From Gammaproteobacteria bacterium (GTDB taxonomy: Bacteria; Pseudomonadota; Gammaproteobacteria; GCA-001735895), in assembly GCA_050298595.1 (NCBI GenBank), contig JBNKUM010000058.1, positions 1 through 25,598 on the forward strand: a stretch of DNA of 25,598 nt, in the 5' to 3' direction. The notes under the pieces were generated by a model. It had not been told where the DNA came from, ran no database searches, and saw only the letters and a program-made list of their open reading frames with translations. The translations under genes and the position numbers were made by a program. Position 1 is the stretch's first letter. Each line of letters begins with the position of its first letter. This document shows positions 18,001-25,598 of the stretch, one piece after another.

Positions 18001-19212
18001 ATGAAAATCAATTTTCGAGAGGGTCAAGTACCTTCAAACACAGGAGCTAAGCGAGTTAATATAGCCCTTGCTAGCGCGATTGCAGCACTGTCAATTTCTA
18101 GCCAGACATTTGCAGCTGGTGATGCTCCTGCCATCACGGTTTATGGAAATCTGGATACAGGTATTGAATACCTGACCAATGTAGATTCAGGTAAAGATAC
18201 TGTCATCCGTATTCCGGGGATCACTGGAACCATGGCTTCCCGGCTTGGGTTTAAAGCCAATAAGGATATCGGTGACGGATACAGCGCGTTTGCAGTCATG
18301 GAGCTGGGTGTTAGTCCTGATGATGGAACCATTCGACAGGGTGGACGTATTTTTGGTCGTCAATTGAATTTTGGTATGCAAACCCCCGCTGGCCGCTTCG
18401 CGATTGGTCGTCAATACTCACCATTTTTGTTTGCGACTGGAGATTTAATGGGACCAAATATTTATTCTCTTGGCTCTCTGGACGCGTACTTGCCTAACGC
18501 TCGTATGGATAACTCGATTTCCTGGAGCAACAAATTCGGTGACAATCTGTCTGTTGCGCTGGCTTACTCGTTTGGTCGTGATACTACGGGTGCGGTACCT
18601 CTTTCGGGTACCTGCTCAGGTGAGGAAGGTGCGCCAGGTCCTGCTGAGGTAGATTCATCTGCCTGTAAACAGGTAGCGGCAACGCTGAAATATAAGGGTG
18701 ATGGGTTTAGCATAGCTGCAGGAATTGATAAGCAAAATGGCGGAGCAGGTGCTGAAGCTTATTTTTTTAATGGCTTAGATTTCTCGTCACCAGGCCATGG
18801 TATTGACATGAGTGATTCAGGTGATACTGATACAAGGACTACTATATCCGGCAGTTTTAACCTGGGTGCTGCTACCGTTGGTGTTGGTGTGCTCAACAGA
18901 AAGCTTGATACAGATGCCAGAAAAATCGAGTCAGATACGGTTTATGTGAGCGCAAGATATAAAGTTAGCCCGAAAACAACTGTCAATGCTGGAGTTTACA
19001 GTATTACCAATGATGACCAGGATGCGGATGCAACTCTAGCTGTAGTTAGAGCAATTTATAACCTAGATAAAGGAGTGGATTGGTATGCACAGGTTGGTAG
19101 TATCAGTAATAGCAGTAAAGCCAGTTATGGCTTGTCTCCAGGTGCAAACACGGCTGCTCCAGCGGGAGAAAGTCAGACTGGTGTAATGGTAGGTTTTCGT
19201 TACAAGTATTAA
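18001..19212 (+). CDS. Gram-negative porin (Porin_4 / Omp32-like type)
   Basis: Signal peptide ending TFA, mature N-terminus ..ITVYGNLD.G, SRLGFK, FGRQ, GRQY, DAYLPNARMDNSI, amphipathic strands and C-terminal VGFRYKY (aromatic last residue). RBS GAGG. Confidence 0.9.
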   Translation: MKINFREGQVPSNTGAKRVNIALASAIAALSISSQTFAAGDAPAITVYGNLDTGIEYLTNVDSGKDTVIRIPGITGTMASRLGFKANKDIGDGYSAFAVMELGVSPDDGTIRQGGRIFGRQLNFGMQTPAGRFAIGRQYSPFLFATGDLMGPNIYSLGSLDAYLPNARMDNSISWSNKFGDNLSVALAYSFGRDTTGAVPLSGTCSGEEGAPGPAEVDSSACKQVAATLKYKGDGFSIAAGIDKQNGGAGAEAYFFNGLDFSSPGHGIDMSDSGDTDTRTTISGSFNLGAATVGVGVLNRKLDTDARKIESDTVYVSARYKVSPKTTVNAGVYSITNDDQDADATLAVVRAIYNLDKGVDWYAQVGSISNSSKASYGLSPGANTAAPAGESQTGVMVGFRYKY

Positions 19213-19240
19213 ATTGTAAGTTTACTGAAGTTAAAGTGAA

Positions 19241-19272
19241 AACAAAGGCTGACTCTTATGTCAGCCTTTGTT
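19241..19272. terminator. Rho-independent terminator, probably bidirectional, between the porin and tetR
   Basis: AACAAAGGCTGAC-TCTTAT-GTCAGCCTTTGTT forms a perfect 13-bp stem with a 6-nt loop and A/T-rich tails on both sides. Confidence 0.85.
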
Positions 19273-19368
19273 GTCTTTGTCATCAAAATATATTTGGGCC
19301 AAAGGGTGAAATCTGAATTTAAAATTGCTTTTTACAGAGATCCTAAATCCGATTGCTTTCTTGCCAGG

Positions 19369-19974
19369 TTAAACGCTACAGATCCCTCTTAACAACGCCT
19401 CGGTTGCATTAAGCATCAGACTGTCGATATTGTCGGGCTGAGACAGCCAGGACTGGATGAAGATGCCGTCCATACCACCCACTAACAGATAGGCGACGGC
19501 CTGCGCATCCACGTCACTTCTGAATATTCCTCTGGTTTTTCCCTGTTCGATGAATCCGATGATCAAAGAGCGGTACTCGTCGTACATTGCTGCCAGGTCT
19601 CTGGCATAGTCGTAACGCATTCCCCTGAGACTGGCAGCGGCCCAGAAATCGAGAAATAACGGAACGAATTCGCGATGCTGGATTGCCACCTCAGCCCAGG
19701 TGGCAGTGATGCGACGAATCTTGTCTGCCTCATTATCGATACCTGTGATCGCTTCAATCACCATCTCTCCGGTCATTCTTCCAAACCAGCGGAATACCTC
19801 ACCGAACAAAGCCTCCTTGTTCTCAAAATAGAGGTAGAGCATCCCTTTACTGACCCCGGCACGTTGCGCGATTTCATCCATAGTGGTGGCCTGGTAACCG
19901 CGTTCTGCGAATACAGCTGTGGCGGTTTCCAGTAGTTCCGCCTGCCTCAATTCTTTGTCGACCCTTTTTGCCAT
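19369..19974 (-). CDS. TetR/AcrR family transcriptional regulator
   Basis: N-terminal HTH: [44 protein letters not shown]; C-terminal G...[15 protein letters not shown]. Confidence 0.95.
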   Translation of the reverse strand: MAKRVDKELRQAELLETATAVFAERGYQATTMDEIAQRAGVSKGMLYLYFENKEALFGEVFRWFGRMTGEMVIEAITGIDNEADKIRRITATWAEVAIQHREFVPLFLDFWAAASLRGMRYDYARDLAAMYDEYRSLIIGFIEQGKTRGIFRSDVDAQAVAYLLVGGMDGIFIQSWLSQPDNIDSLMLNATEALLRGICSV

Positions 19975-19992
19975 ATATACCTCAAATCTATA

Positions 19993-20021
19993 TTGACTGA
20001 CCAGTCAGTCATAGTTATGAT
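19993..20021 (+). promoter_or_regulatory. Sigma70 promoter of the Lol-like operon, overlapped by a TetR operator
   Basis: TTGACT (19993-19998), 17-nt spacer, TATGAT (20016-20021). The perfect palindrome TGACTGAC-CA-GTCAGTCA at 19994-20011 covers the -35 box and spacer. Confidence 0.8.
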
Positions 20022-20095
20022 AGATGACGTTGAGAGTTTCGTACAGACTTCATTACATAAACGTAATAGAAGAAAGAGATGCTAAGGGAGGCAAT

Positions 20096-20872
20096 ATGTA
20101 CGTTTACAGAGCCCGGCTTTGGGGTGTACTTAAAGCGATATCGTTTTTAATTCTGTGGCTGGCCGTGATGTTCCCGGTACAGGCGATGGAAGTGGATGAG
20201 CTGATTCGCCACATCGATAAACTCTGGCGCGGTGAGACTTCTCTGGCGACCATGAGTATGACGGTTAACACCCGTCGTTATCAGCGCAGCATGACTATGC
20301 AGGCGTGGTCACGGGGCAAGGACTATTCTCTGGTCGTGATCCGCGAACCCGTCAAGGACCGTGGCATCGCCACCCTCAAGGTAGAGGAAAATATCTGGAA
20401 TTACCTGCCCAAGATCAATCGCGTTACCAGAGTGCCTTCGAGTATGATGTCCGGTTCATGGATGGGTAGCCACTTCACCAACGACGATCTGGTCAAGGAA
20501 AGCACCTATGAGGATGACTACGACTCCAGCATCACATTTGAAGGAGATCGCGATGGCAAGGCAATCTATGAAATCACTTCCATTCCCAAACCAGATGCGG
20601 CGGTAGTCTGGGGTAAGGTGGTCATGGAGATCGAACAGAAAAGTCTCGCACCTTACCGTGCCCTCTATTATGACGAAGAGTCAATACTGATCCGCACCAT
20701 GACCTTTGATCAGATCCAGCAAATCAATGGACGTGCCGTGCCCATGCGCATGAGCCTGCAACCGGAAGACAAACCCAGTGAATCGACGGTGATTCTCTAT
20801 CAGTCTATCGAATTTGGCGTGCCACTGGAGCCGTCATTCTTTTCACTGCAAAATCTAAAAAAAAGGCGTTAA
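20096..20872 (+). CDS. LolA-like periplasmic protein ('outer membrane lipoprotein-sorting protein' family)
   Basis: Start moved from 20024 to the in-frame ATG at 20096, which follows AAGGGAGG and the predicted promoter. Signal peptide ends VQA. Motifs P.KDRG.ATLK, WNYLPKINRV.R, SWMGSHFTNDDL and FFSLQNLK. Confidence 0.85.
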   Translation: MYVYRARLWGVLKAISFLILWLAVMFPVQAMEVDELIRHIDKLWRGETSLATMSMTVNTRRYQRSMTMQAWSRGKDYSLVVIREPVKDRGIATLKVEENIWNYLPKINRVTRVPSSMMSGSWMGSHFTNDDLVKESTYEDDYDSSITFEGDRDGKAIYEITSIPKPDAAVVWGKVVMEIEQKSLAPYRALYYDEESILIRTMTFDQIQQINGRAVPMRMSLQPEDKPSESTVILYQSIEFGVPLEPSFFSLQNLKKRR

Positions 20873-20882
20873 TTCCCAAGTC

Positions 20883-22199
20883 ATGAAGACAGCTGTTAAC
20901 AAGCACCCCTTCAGTCGTCTGCCGATATTGCTGTTCATCGCCTGGAGAAATATCTGGCGTAACCCTATGCGCAGCATGCTGACGATCTCAGCACTGGCCG
21001 GTGGTCTGGTGATGGTGGTTCTGTATGCCTCTATTCTGGAAGGTATGTCACGCCAGATGGTAGAGTATGCGACCGATAAGAATACGGGGCATCTTCAAGT
21101 GCATCGTCAGGCATTTATTGATGATCAGGATCTATACGCCACCTTGCCCTGGTCATATCTGGACCGCTTCGAGCACGACTTTCCTGCTATTCATTTTGCA
21201 CCGCGACTTTATGCTGCAGGACTCGCCAGCTCTAACACAACTTCAACGGGTGTTTTGATTAAAGCGATAGACCCACAGCGGGAAAGGAATGTGACTTCTC
21301 TACTTAAACATGTGCGCAAGGGTGTGGTCGACCTGGGCGTGGCGGATACCACTGATACAGGTCTGACTCGCTATAACATCGTCATTGGTACACAGTTGGC
21401 GAAGAATATGAATCTGGGTCCCGGTGATGAACTGGTGCTGGTTAGTCAGAGTGCAGATGGTAGCATCGGCAATGCGCTCTATCGCATCGCTGCGGTACTT
21501 AAGCCGTTGGAACCAAATTTTGATCGCATGGGTGTTTTGATGTCGATCGACGCCTACCGGCAACTGATGTATCTGGAAAGTGGTTTTCACGAGCTATCAA
21601 TCAAGCTGGATGATATTGCAATGCTGGAGCAGCTACAGCCAGAACTGGAAAATAAACTGCAGTCACTGCAACAGGAGCAGTCATTAGAAGAACTTGGCGG
21701 TGCAGCCGTACTGCGCAACTGGAAGCAGCTCAATCCTGCTGTTTTTGACATGTTGCAACTGAGCAGATCGATGTTATTGTTTATGGGCCTGGTGATTGTC
21801 GGCCTGGCTTCGCTAGGTATGTTAAATACCATGCTGATGGCGGTACACGAGCGCACCCATGAGTTTGGCATCCTGCTTTCTATTGGTATGAAACGTCGCT
21901 GGTTGCTATTGATGGTGATGCTGGAATCGTTTTTCCTGGCGCTTGTCTCGGCAGTGATTGGTTCAATCCTGGGTACATTACTATCGCGCTATTTGCAAAA
22001 CCACGGCATCGATTTTAGCTCCAGTATGCCCGATGGCTATGACTGGGCGGGAATCGCCTTTGAACCTGTGATCTGGGGTTATTTTGAAATAAGCCATATT
22101 ATTCAAGCCAGTCTACTGACGCTGATTATTAGTTTACTGGCTTCTCTCATACCCTCCTGGCGCACCATACGACTCAAACCTGCGGAGGTGCTGCGATGA
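20883..22199 (+). CDS. ABC transporter permease, FtsX/MacB/LolC-E type
   Basis: AWRNIWRNPMRS followed by a TM helix, a large periplasmic domain, NTMLMAVHERTHEFGILLSIGM, three C-terminal TMs and PSWR..RLKPAEVLR. Confidence 0.92.
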   Translation: MKTAVNKHPFSRLPILLFIAWRNIWRNPMRSMLTISALAGGLVMVVLYASILEGMSRQMVEYATDKNTGHLQVHRQAFIDDQDLYATLPWSYLDRFEHDFPAIHFAPRLYAAGLASSNTTSTGVLIKAIDPQRERNVTSLLKHVRKGVVDLGVADTTDTGLTRYNIVIGTQLAKNMNLGPGDELVLVSQSADGSIGNALYRIAAVLKPLEPNFDRMGVLMSIDAYRQLMYLESGFHELSIKLDDIAMLEQLQPELENKLQSLQQEQSLEELGGAAVLRNWKQLNPAVFDMLQLSRSMLLFMGLVIVGLASLGMLNTMLMAVHERTHEFGILLSIGMKRRWLLLMVMLESFFLALVSAVIGSILGTLLSRYLQNHGIDFSSSMPDGYDWAGIAFEPVIWGYFEISHIIQASLLTLIISLLASLIPSWRTIRLKPAEVLR

Positions 22200-23473
22200 C
22201 ACCACGGCACAGTCAAATGCCGCTCTCGCTTCTTATGAAGCTGGCCTGGCGCAACCTCTGGCGTAACCGTAAACGTACCGTGATCACACTTAGTTCCATC
22301 GCTATTGGTTTTGGTCTTGCGGTGTTTTCTATTGGCATTGGTGATGGCAGCCACAATTCGATGATCCGCAACGCGATTAAACTGGGTGAGGGTCACCTTG
22401 CTGTACAACCGCGAGGCTATCTGGAGGCACCAGCCAACCATAAGTACCTGGCCGATGGCCGTAGTCTGCAGGCGAAACTGAACAAGCTGGGTATTGCAGC
22501 CAGTATAGAGCCGCGCATATCGTTACAGGTGCTGGCGAGTACTGCCAACAATTCTGTCGGCGCTGCGCTTGAAGGCATGAGTGCAGTTAAAGATCCACGA
22601 GTCGTAATGCTCAAGCCCAAGCTGATTCAAGGTCACTGGATTAAACCGGATGATGAGCGGGGTGTGGTGATAGGTGATGGCATGGCACGTAAGCTCAAGG
22701 TGAAGGTGGGTGGCAAGGTTGTGTTGATGGCGGGTACTCAGGGTGGAGATACCCAGGCGCAGCTGGGTCGGGTGCGAGGCATTTTTGATTCGCACGTGGA
22801 CGAACTCGATGACTTCCTGGTTTTAAGCAGTATTAGCTTTGCTCGCTATTTCCTCGAAGGAGAGGGGGCCGATCCAGAGCTACAACCAGTGACGCGTTTT
22901 GCCATCTTCCTCGATGATGCTGACAGCATTAGTGAAGTTAAGAGCATTATCAAGCCTGCCATCAGCGACGACAAAACAGTAGTACTGGACTGGCAGGAAC
23001 TGATGCCGCAACTGGTACAGTTTATTGTGATCGACGATGCCGGTAACTACGTCTTTCTGCTGCTGATCCTGATCATGGTGGTATTTGGTATTCTCAACAC
23101 CGTGTTGATGAGCGTGCTGGAACGAACCCGAGAGTTTGGTCTATTGCGCGCTCTGGGTCTGGGGCGCCAGCACCTGCTGTTGCTGGTGTTTTGCGAATCG
23201 ATGCTACTCAGCCTGCTGGCGGTGGCTATCGGCTGGATCATCGGTGGTGGTACGCAATGGTGGTTCTCGCGCCACGGTGTCGACTTCTCGGCACTGTTGG
23301 GAGGTGATACAGCCATGATGGGGACATTTATCGACCCTGTGGTTTATACCGAGCTGTCACAGGGCAGGGTGATTCAGCTGACGGTTATAGTTTTCGTTGC
23401 CACGCTAGTCTCCGGGATCTATCCGGCACTCAAGGCAGCACGGGTGACACCAGTGCAGGCATTACACACCTGA
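22196..23473 (+). CDS. Second ABC transporter permease, FtsX/MacB/LolC-E type
   Basis: ATGA overlap with the upstream permease; AWRNLWRNRKRT, NTVLMSVLERTREFGLLRALG and YPALKAARVTPVQAL. Confidence 0.92.
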   Translation: MTPRHSQMPLSLLMKLAWRNLWRNRKRTVITLSSIAIGFGLAVFSIGIGDGSHNSMIRNAIKLGEGHLAVQPRGYLEAPANHKYLADGRSLQAKLNKLGIAASIEPRISLQVLASTANNSVGAALEGMSAVKDPRVVMLKPKLIQGHWIKPDDERGVVIGDGMARKLKVKVGGKVVLMAGTQGGDTQAQLGRVRGIFDSHVDELDDFLVLSSISFARYFLEGEGADPELQPVTRFAIFLDDADSISEVKSIIKPAISDDKTVVLDWQELMPQLVQFIVIDDAGNYVFLLLILIMVVFGILNTVLMSVLERTREFGLLRALGLGRQHLLLLVFCESMLLSLLAVAIGWIIGGGTQWWFSRHGVDFSALLGGDTAMMGTFIDPVVYTELSQGRVIQLTVIVFVATLVSGIYPALKAARVTPVQALHT

Positions 23474-23495
23474 GATTAATACAGGAATATTCACT

Positions 23496-24206
23496 ATGGC
23501 ACTATTAAGATTAAACAATATTGGTAAACACTACCTGCAGGGTGAGATAGAGGTTCAGGCGCTGCATGACATTAATCTGGAAGTGGAAGAGGGTGAATTC
23601 GCCGCTCTTGTCGGGCCTTCCGGTTCCGGTAAGACCACTCTGCTGAATATTATAGGTGCGCTTGATGCACCCAGCAGTGGCAATATTCACCTTAACAGCA
23701 CCGATCTGACATCCTTGAGTGAAGCAGCATTGTCTGATTTTCGCCTGTTCCAGCTGGGCTTTATCTTCCAGGCCTATAATCTGGTGCCAGTGTTGAGTGC
23801 GCTGGAGAATGTTGAACTGGTGATGGTGTTGCAGGGGCGCGAGTTATCTGAACAAAGGGAACGCGCCGAACACTATCTACAGCTGGTTGGTCTGAAGGAT
23901 ATGATGCATCGACGTCCCGCAGCACTGTCCGGTGGACAACAGCAACGCGTGGCGGTAGCGCGTGCGCTGGCAGCCAACCCGCGCCTGGTACTGGCCGATG
24001 AACCGACTGCTAACCTCGACTCGGAGAATGCCGGGGCGCTGCTCGACATCATGCATAAGCTCTCCAGTGAAGAGAAGACTACCTTTATCTTCTCCACCCA
24101 CGATCCACGGGTGATGGAACGCGCAGAACGCATTATTACCCTGCGCGATGGCAAAATCGAAACTGATGAAAGAGCAGCGCAAAAAGCAGATGCATCGATC
24201 CATTAA
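23496..24206 (+). CDS. ABC transporter ATP-binding protein (LolD/MacB-type)
   Basis: Walker A GPSGSGKT, Q-loop GFIFQAYNL, signature LSGGQQQR, Walker B LVLADEPT and H-loop STHD. Confidence 0.96.
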   Translation: MALLRLNNIGKHYLQGEIEVQALHDINLEVEEGEFAALVGPSGSGKTTLLNIIGALDAPSSGNIHLNSTDLTSLSEAALSDFRLFQLGFIFQAYNLVPVLSALENVELVMVLQGRELSEQRERAEHYLQLVGLKDMMHRRPAALSGGQQQRVAVARALAANPRLVLADEPTANLDSENAGALLDIMHKLSSEEKTTFIFSTHDPRVMERAERIITLRDGKIETDERAAQKADASIH

Positions 24207-25410
24207 TCTGTTGCTTATTGTCTTTGCGTTGCTATCGTTTAGCACGGCGCAGGCGCTACAACTGACAGGGCGTTTTTCGATGCTGGGCACAACCGCGCAG
24301 GCTGATGCGGGCGATATGGGTTATTTCAATGCCGATAATAGAATACTCAGTGCCGATCAGCAAAGCCTGCGTCTGATGCTAGATGACAGTAGCGAACAGG
24401 ATGAATGGTCAGTGCATCTGAAAATGGCACGCCAACATCTGGACGGTTACCCGGCAACTTACGCTACACCAGGCAGTCTGTTTCGTTATGATTCGGCGGC
24501 GGGAAGCTGGCTTGATGAAAACAATGGTCAAAGTAGTACGTTTATGGGTTATGAACTGGATCGAGCCGTCTATAAACGTCGCTTCGAAAACATCACATTG
24601 GCCGTAGGCCGTCAGCCCATAGACTGGGGCAGTGGGCGATTCTGGCAGCCGCTCAATATATTTGGTGCTTTCGCACCCACTGATCTAGATACCGATTACA
24701 AAGCAGGTATAGACTCAGTAGTATTTGACTGGTATCCCAGCGCATTCTCTTCACTGACTGCTGCCTATGTACTAAAGCCGCAGGATAATGATGCTCTGGA
24801 GAACAGCGGCGGGCTGTATTATCGCAGCCAGGTGGGAGAGCTTTCTGAACTTTCTCTATTGGGTGGTAGCGTACTGGGCAACTCGGTATTCGGTGCTGCA
24901 TTCGAGAGTGCCTGGGGAGGTATGGGCTGGCGGGTGGAAGGGGCGCATTACTCACTGAAAGAAAGTGATGAGAGTTTTCTGTTCTGGATAGCCGGGGTCG
25001 ACTATCAATTTTCCGATGGCACTCTAATTGCCGCTGAGTGGTACGACAATGCTCATGGCGCGAATTCGCAGATGGATCTTGGCGCAATGTCGAGTGATCG
25101 TTTGGTCGACTATGGTTTGCAACAGCAACTGGGCAGACGGGTATTGGGCCTGATGGTAGATCGGGATTTAACGCCGTTGTTGCATGGCAGTTATACCTTA
25201 CTGGTCGCACCCATTAACGATGATAACGACAAACTGACCAGCTCCCTGCTACATCAGCTTAGCCTGAGCTATTCGGTGAGCAATGAGTCAGATTTGCTAT
25301 TCTCGCTGCTGATTGCTGATGGCAAAGGGTTGAATGCCAGCAATGTGCCACAGTCTGAATTTGGACATTTACCTGATGCCATGACCCTGCGTCTGCGTTT
25401 TTATTTCTGA
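24190..25410 (+). CDS. Putative outer-membrane beta-barrel protein of unknown function
   Basis: The ATG at 24190 gives a clean signal peptide (MHRSINLLLIVFALLSFSTAQA) and overlaps the ATPase stop; 24166 and 24148 are alternative starts. Contains LDRA.Y, VGRQPIDWGSG..WQP, alternating hydrophobic strands and a C-terminal LRLRFYF beta-signal. Confidence 0.75.
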   Translation: MHRSINLLLIVFALLSFSTAQALQLTGRFSMLGTTAQADAGDMGYFNADNRILSADQQSLRLMLDDSSEQDEWSVHLKMARQHLDGYPATYATPGSLFRYDSAAGSWLDENNGQSSTFMGYELDRAVYKRRFENITLAVGRQPIDWGSGRFWQPLNIFGAFAPTDLDTDYKAGIDSVVFDWYPSAFSSLTAAYVLKPQDNDALENSGGLYYRSQVGELSELSLLGGSVLGNSVFGAAFESAWGGMGWRVEGAHYSLKESDESFLFWIAGVDYQFSDGTLIAAEWYDNAHGANSQMDLGAMSSDRLVDYGLQQQLGRRVLGLMVDRDLTPLLHGSYTLLVAPINDDNDKLTSSLLHQLSLSYSVSNESDLLFSLLIADGKGLNASNVPQSEFGHLPDAMTLRLRFYF

Positions 25411-25498
25411 GAGATTGCTATGTGCCAGGAGCGGACAATTTAGCGTATACCCAAGTCATTCTGCTTTAGTAGATTAGCAAGTACTGTGATCTGACCCG

Positions 25499-25598
25499 AA
25501 TGGTACTTACTTAAGCTGAAAACTGTCTTCGCGAGTACCCAAAGGGCATAAACTACGCGCGGCGATCTCTAAACAGTGCTGAGACCATCTGCCGAAAG
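25499..25598. mobile_element. Possible terminal inverted repeat of an IS4-family element or MITE running off the window
   Basis: AATGGTACTTACTTAAG (25499-25515) resembles my recollection of IS4-family ends (AATG...TTAAG). No partner repeat or transposase is visible. Confidence 0.25.

Noticed and set aside
20014-20028. GTTATG-ATA-GATGAC as a MarR site linking the Lol-like operon to the catabolic regulon
   Set aside because: Three mismatches, and better explained as the -10 region next to the TetR operator.
20024-20095. N-terminal extension of the LolA-like ORF
   Set aside because: The ATG at 20024 is at or before the predicted transcription start and lacks an RBS; 20096 has a strong RBS and gives a normal signal peptide.
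20883-24206. Naming the ABC genes lolC, lolE and lolD, or macB
   Set aside because: Gene order (permease-permease-ATPase), local TetR control, the flanking carrier and barrel genes and the lack of MacA/TolC point to a paralogous system.
24653-25210. 185-aa minus-strand ORF and other short antisense ORFs in the ABC operon
   Set aside because: Shadow ORFs opposite well-supported genes, with no motifs.

Overview
Bacterial window, probably gammaproteobacterial and possibly marine (inferred from gene content only), with three blocks. (1) 1-5961: the 3' part of a giant type I-secreted adhesin (at least six 98-aa VCBS-type repeats, Ig-like domains, vWA, PPC-like domain, RTX nonapeptides, C-terminal secretion signal), followed by a PhyH-family Fe(II)/2-oxoglutarate dioxygenase. 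(2) 6008-19212: a probable hydroxycinnamate/phenylpropanoid uptake and catabolism cluster. It encodes a feruloyl-CoA synthetase-like ligase, a CouO/PhdC-like amidohydrolase, a TRAP transporter (DctPQM), an enoyl-CoA hydratase, a type II 3-hydroxyacyl-CoA dehydrogenase, a MarR repressor, an atypical 696-aa acyl-CoA dehydrogenase and a porin. A GTTATA-N3-TATAAC palindrome (0-1 mismatch) lies in every promoter region of the cluster, which suggests a single MarR (CouR-like) regulon from outer-membrane entry to side-chain removal. (3) 19369-25410: a visibly more GC-rich module. A TetR gene with a perfect 18-bp operator sits over a sigma70 promoter, divergent from an operon encoding a LolA-like periplasmic protein, two FtsX/LolCE-type permeases, a LolD-like ATPase and an outer-membrane beta-barrel. 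This looks like a Lol-paralogous trans-envelope transport system of unknown cargo. Also seen: hairpins, an 83-bp TA-bounded inverted-repeat element and a possible IS4-like end at the right edge. No rRNA, tRNA or CRISPR array was seen.
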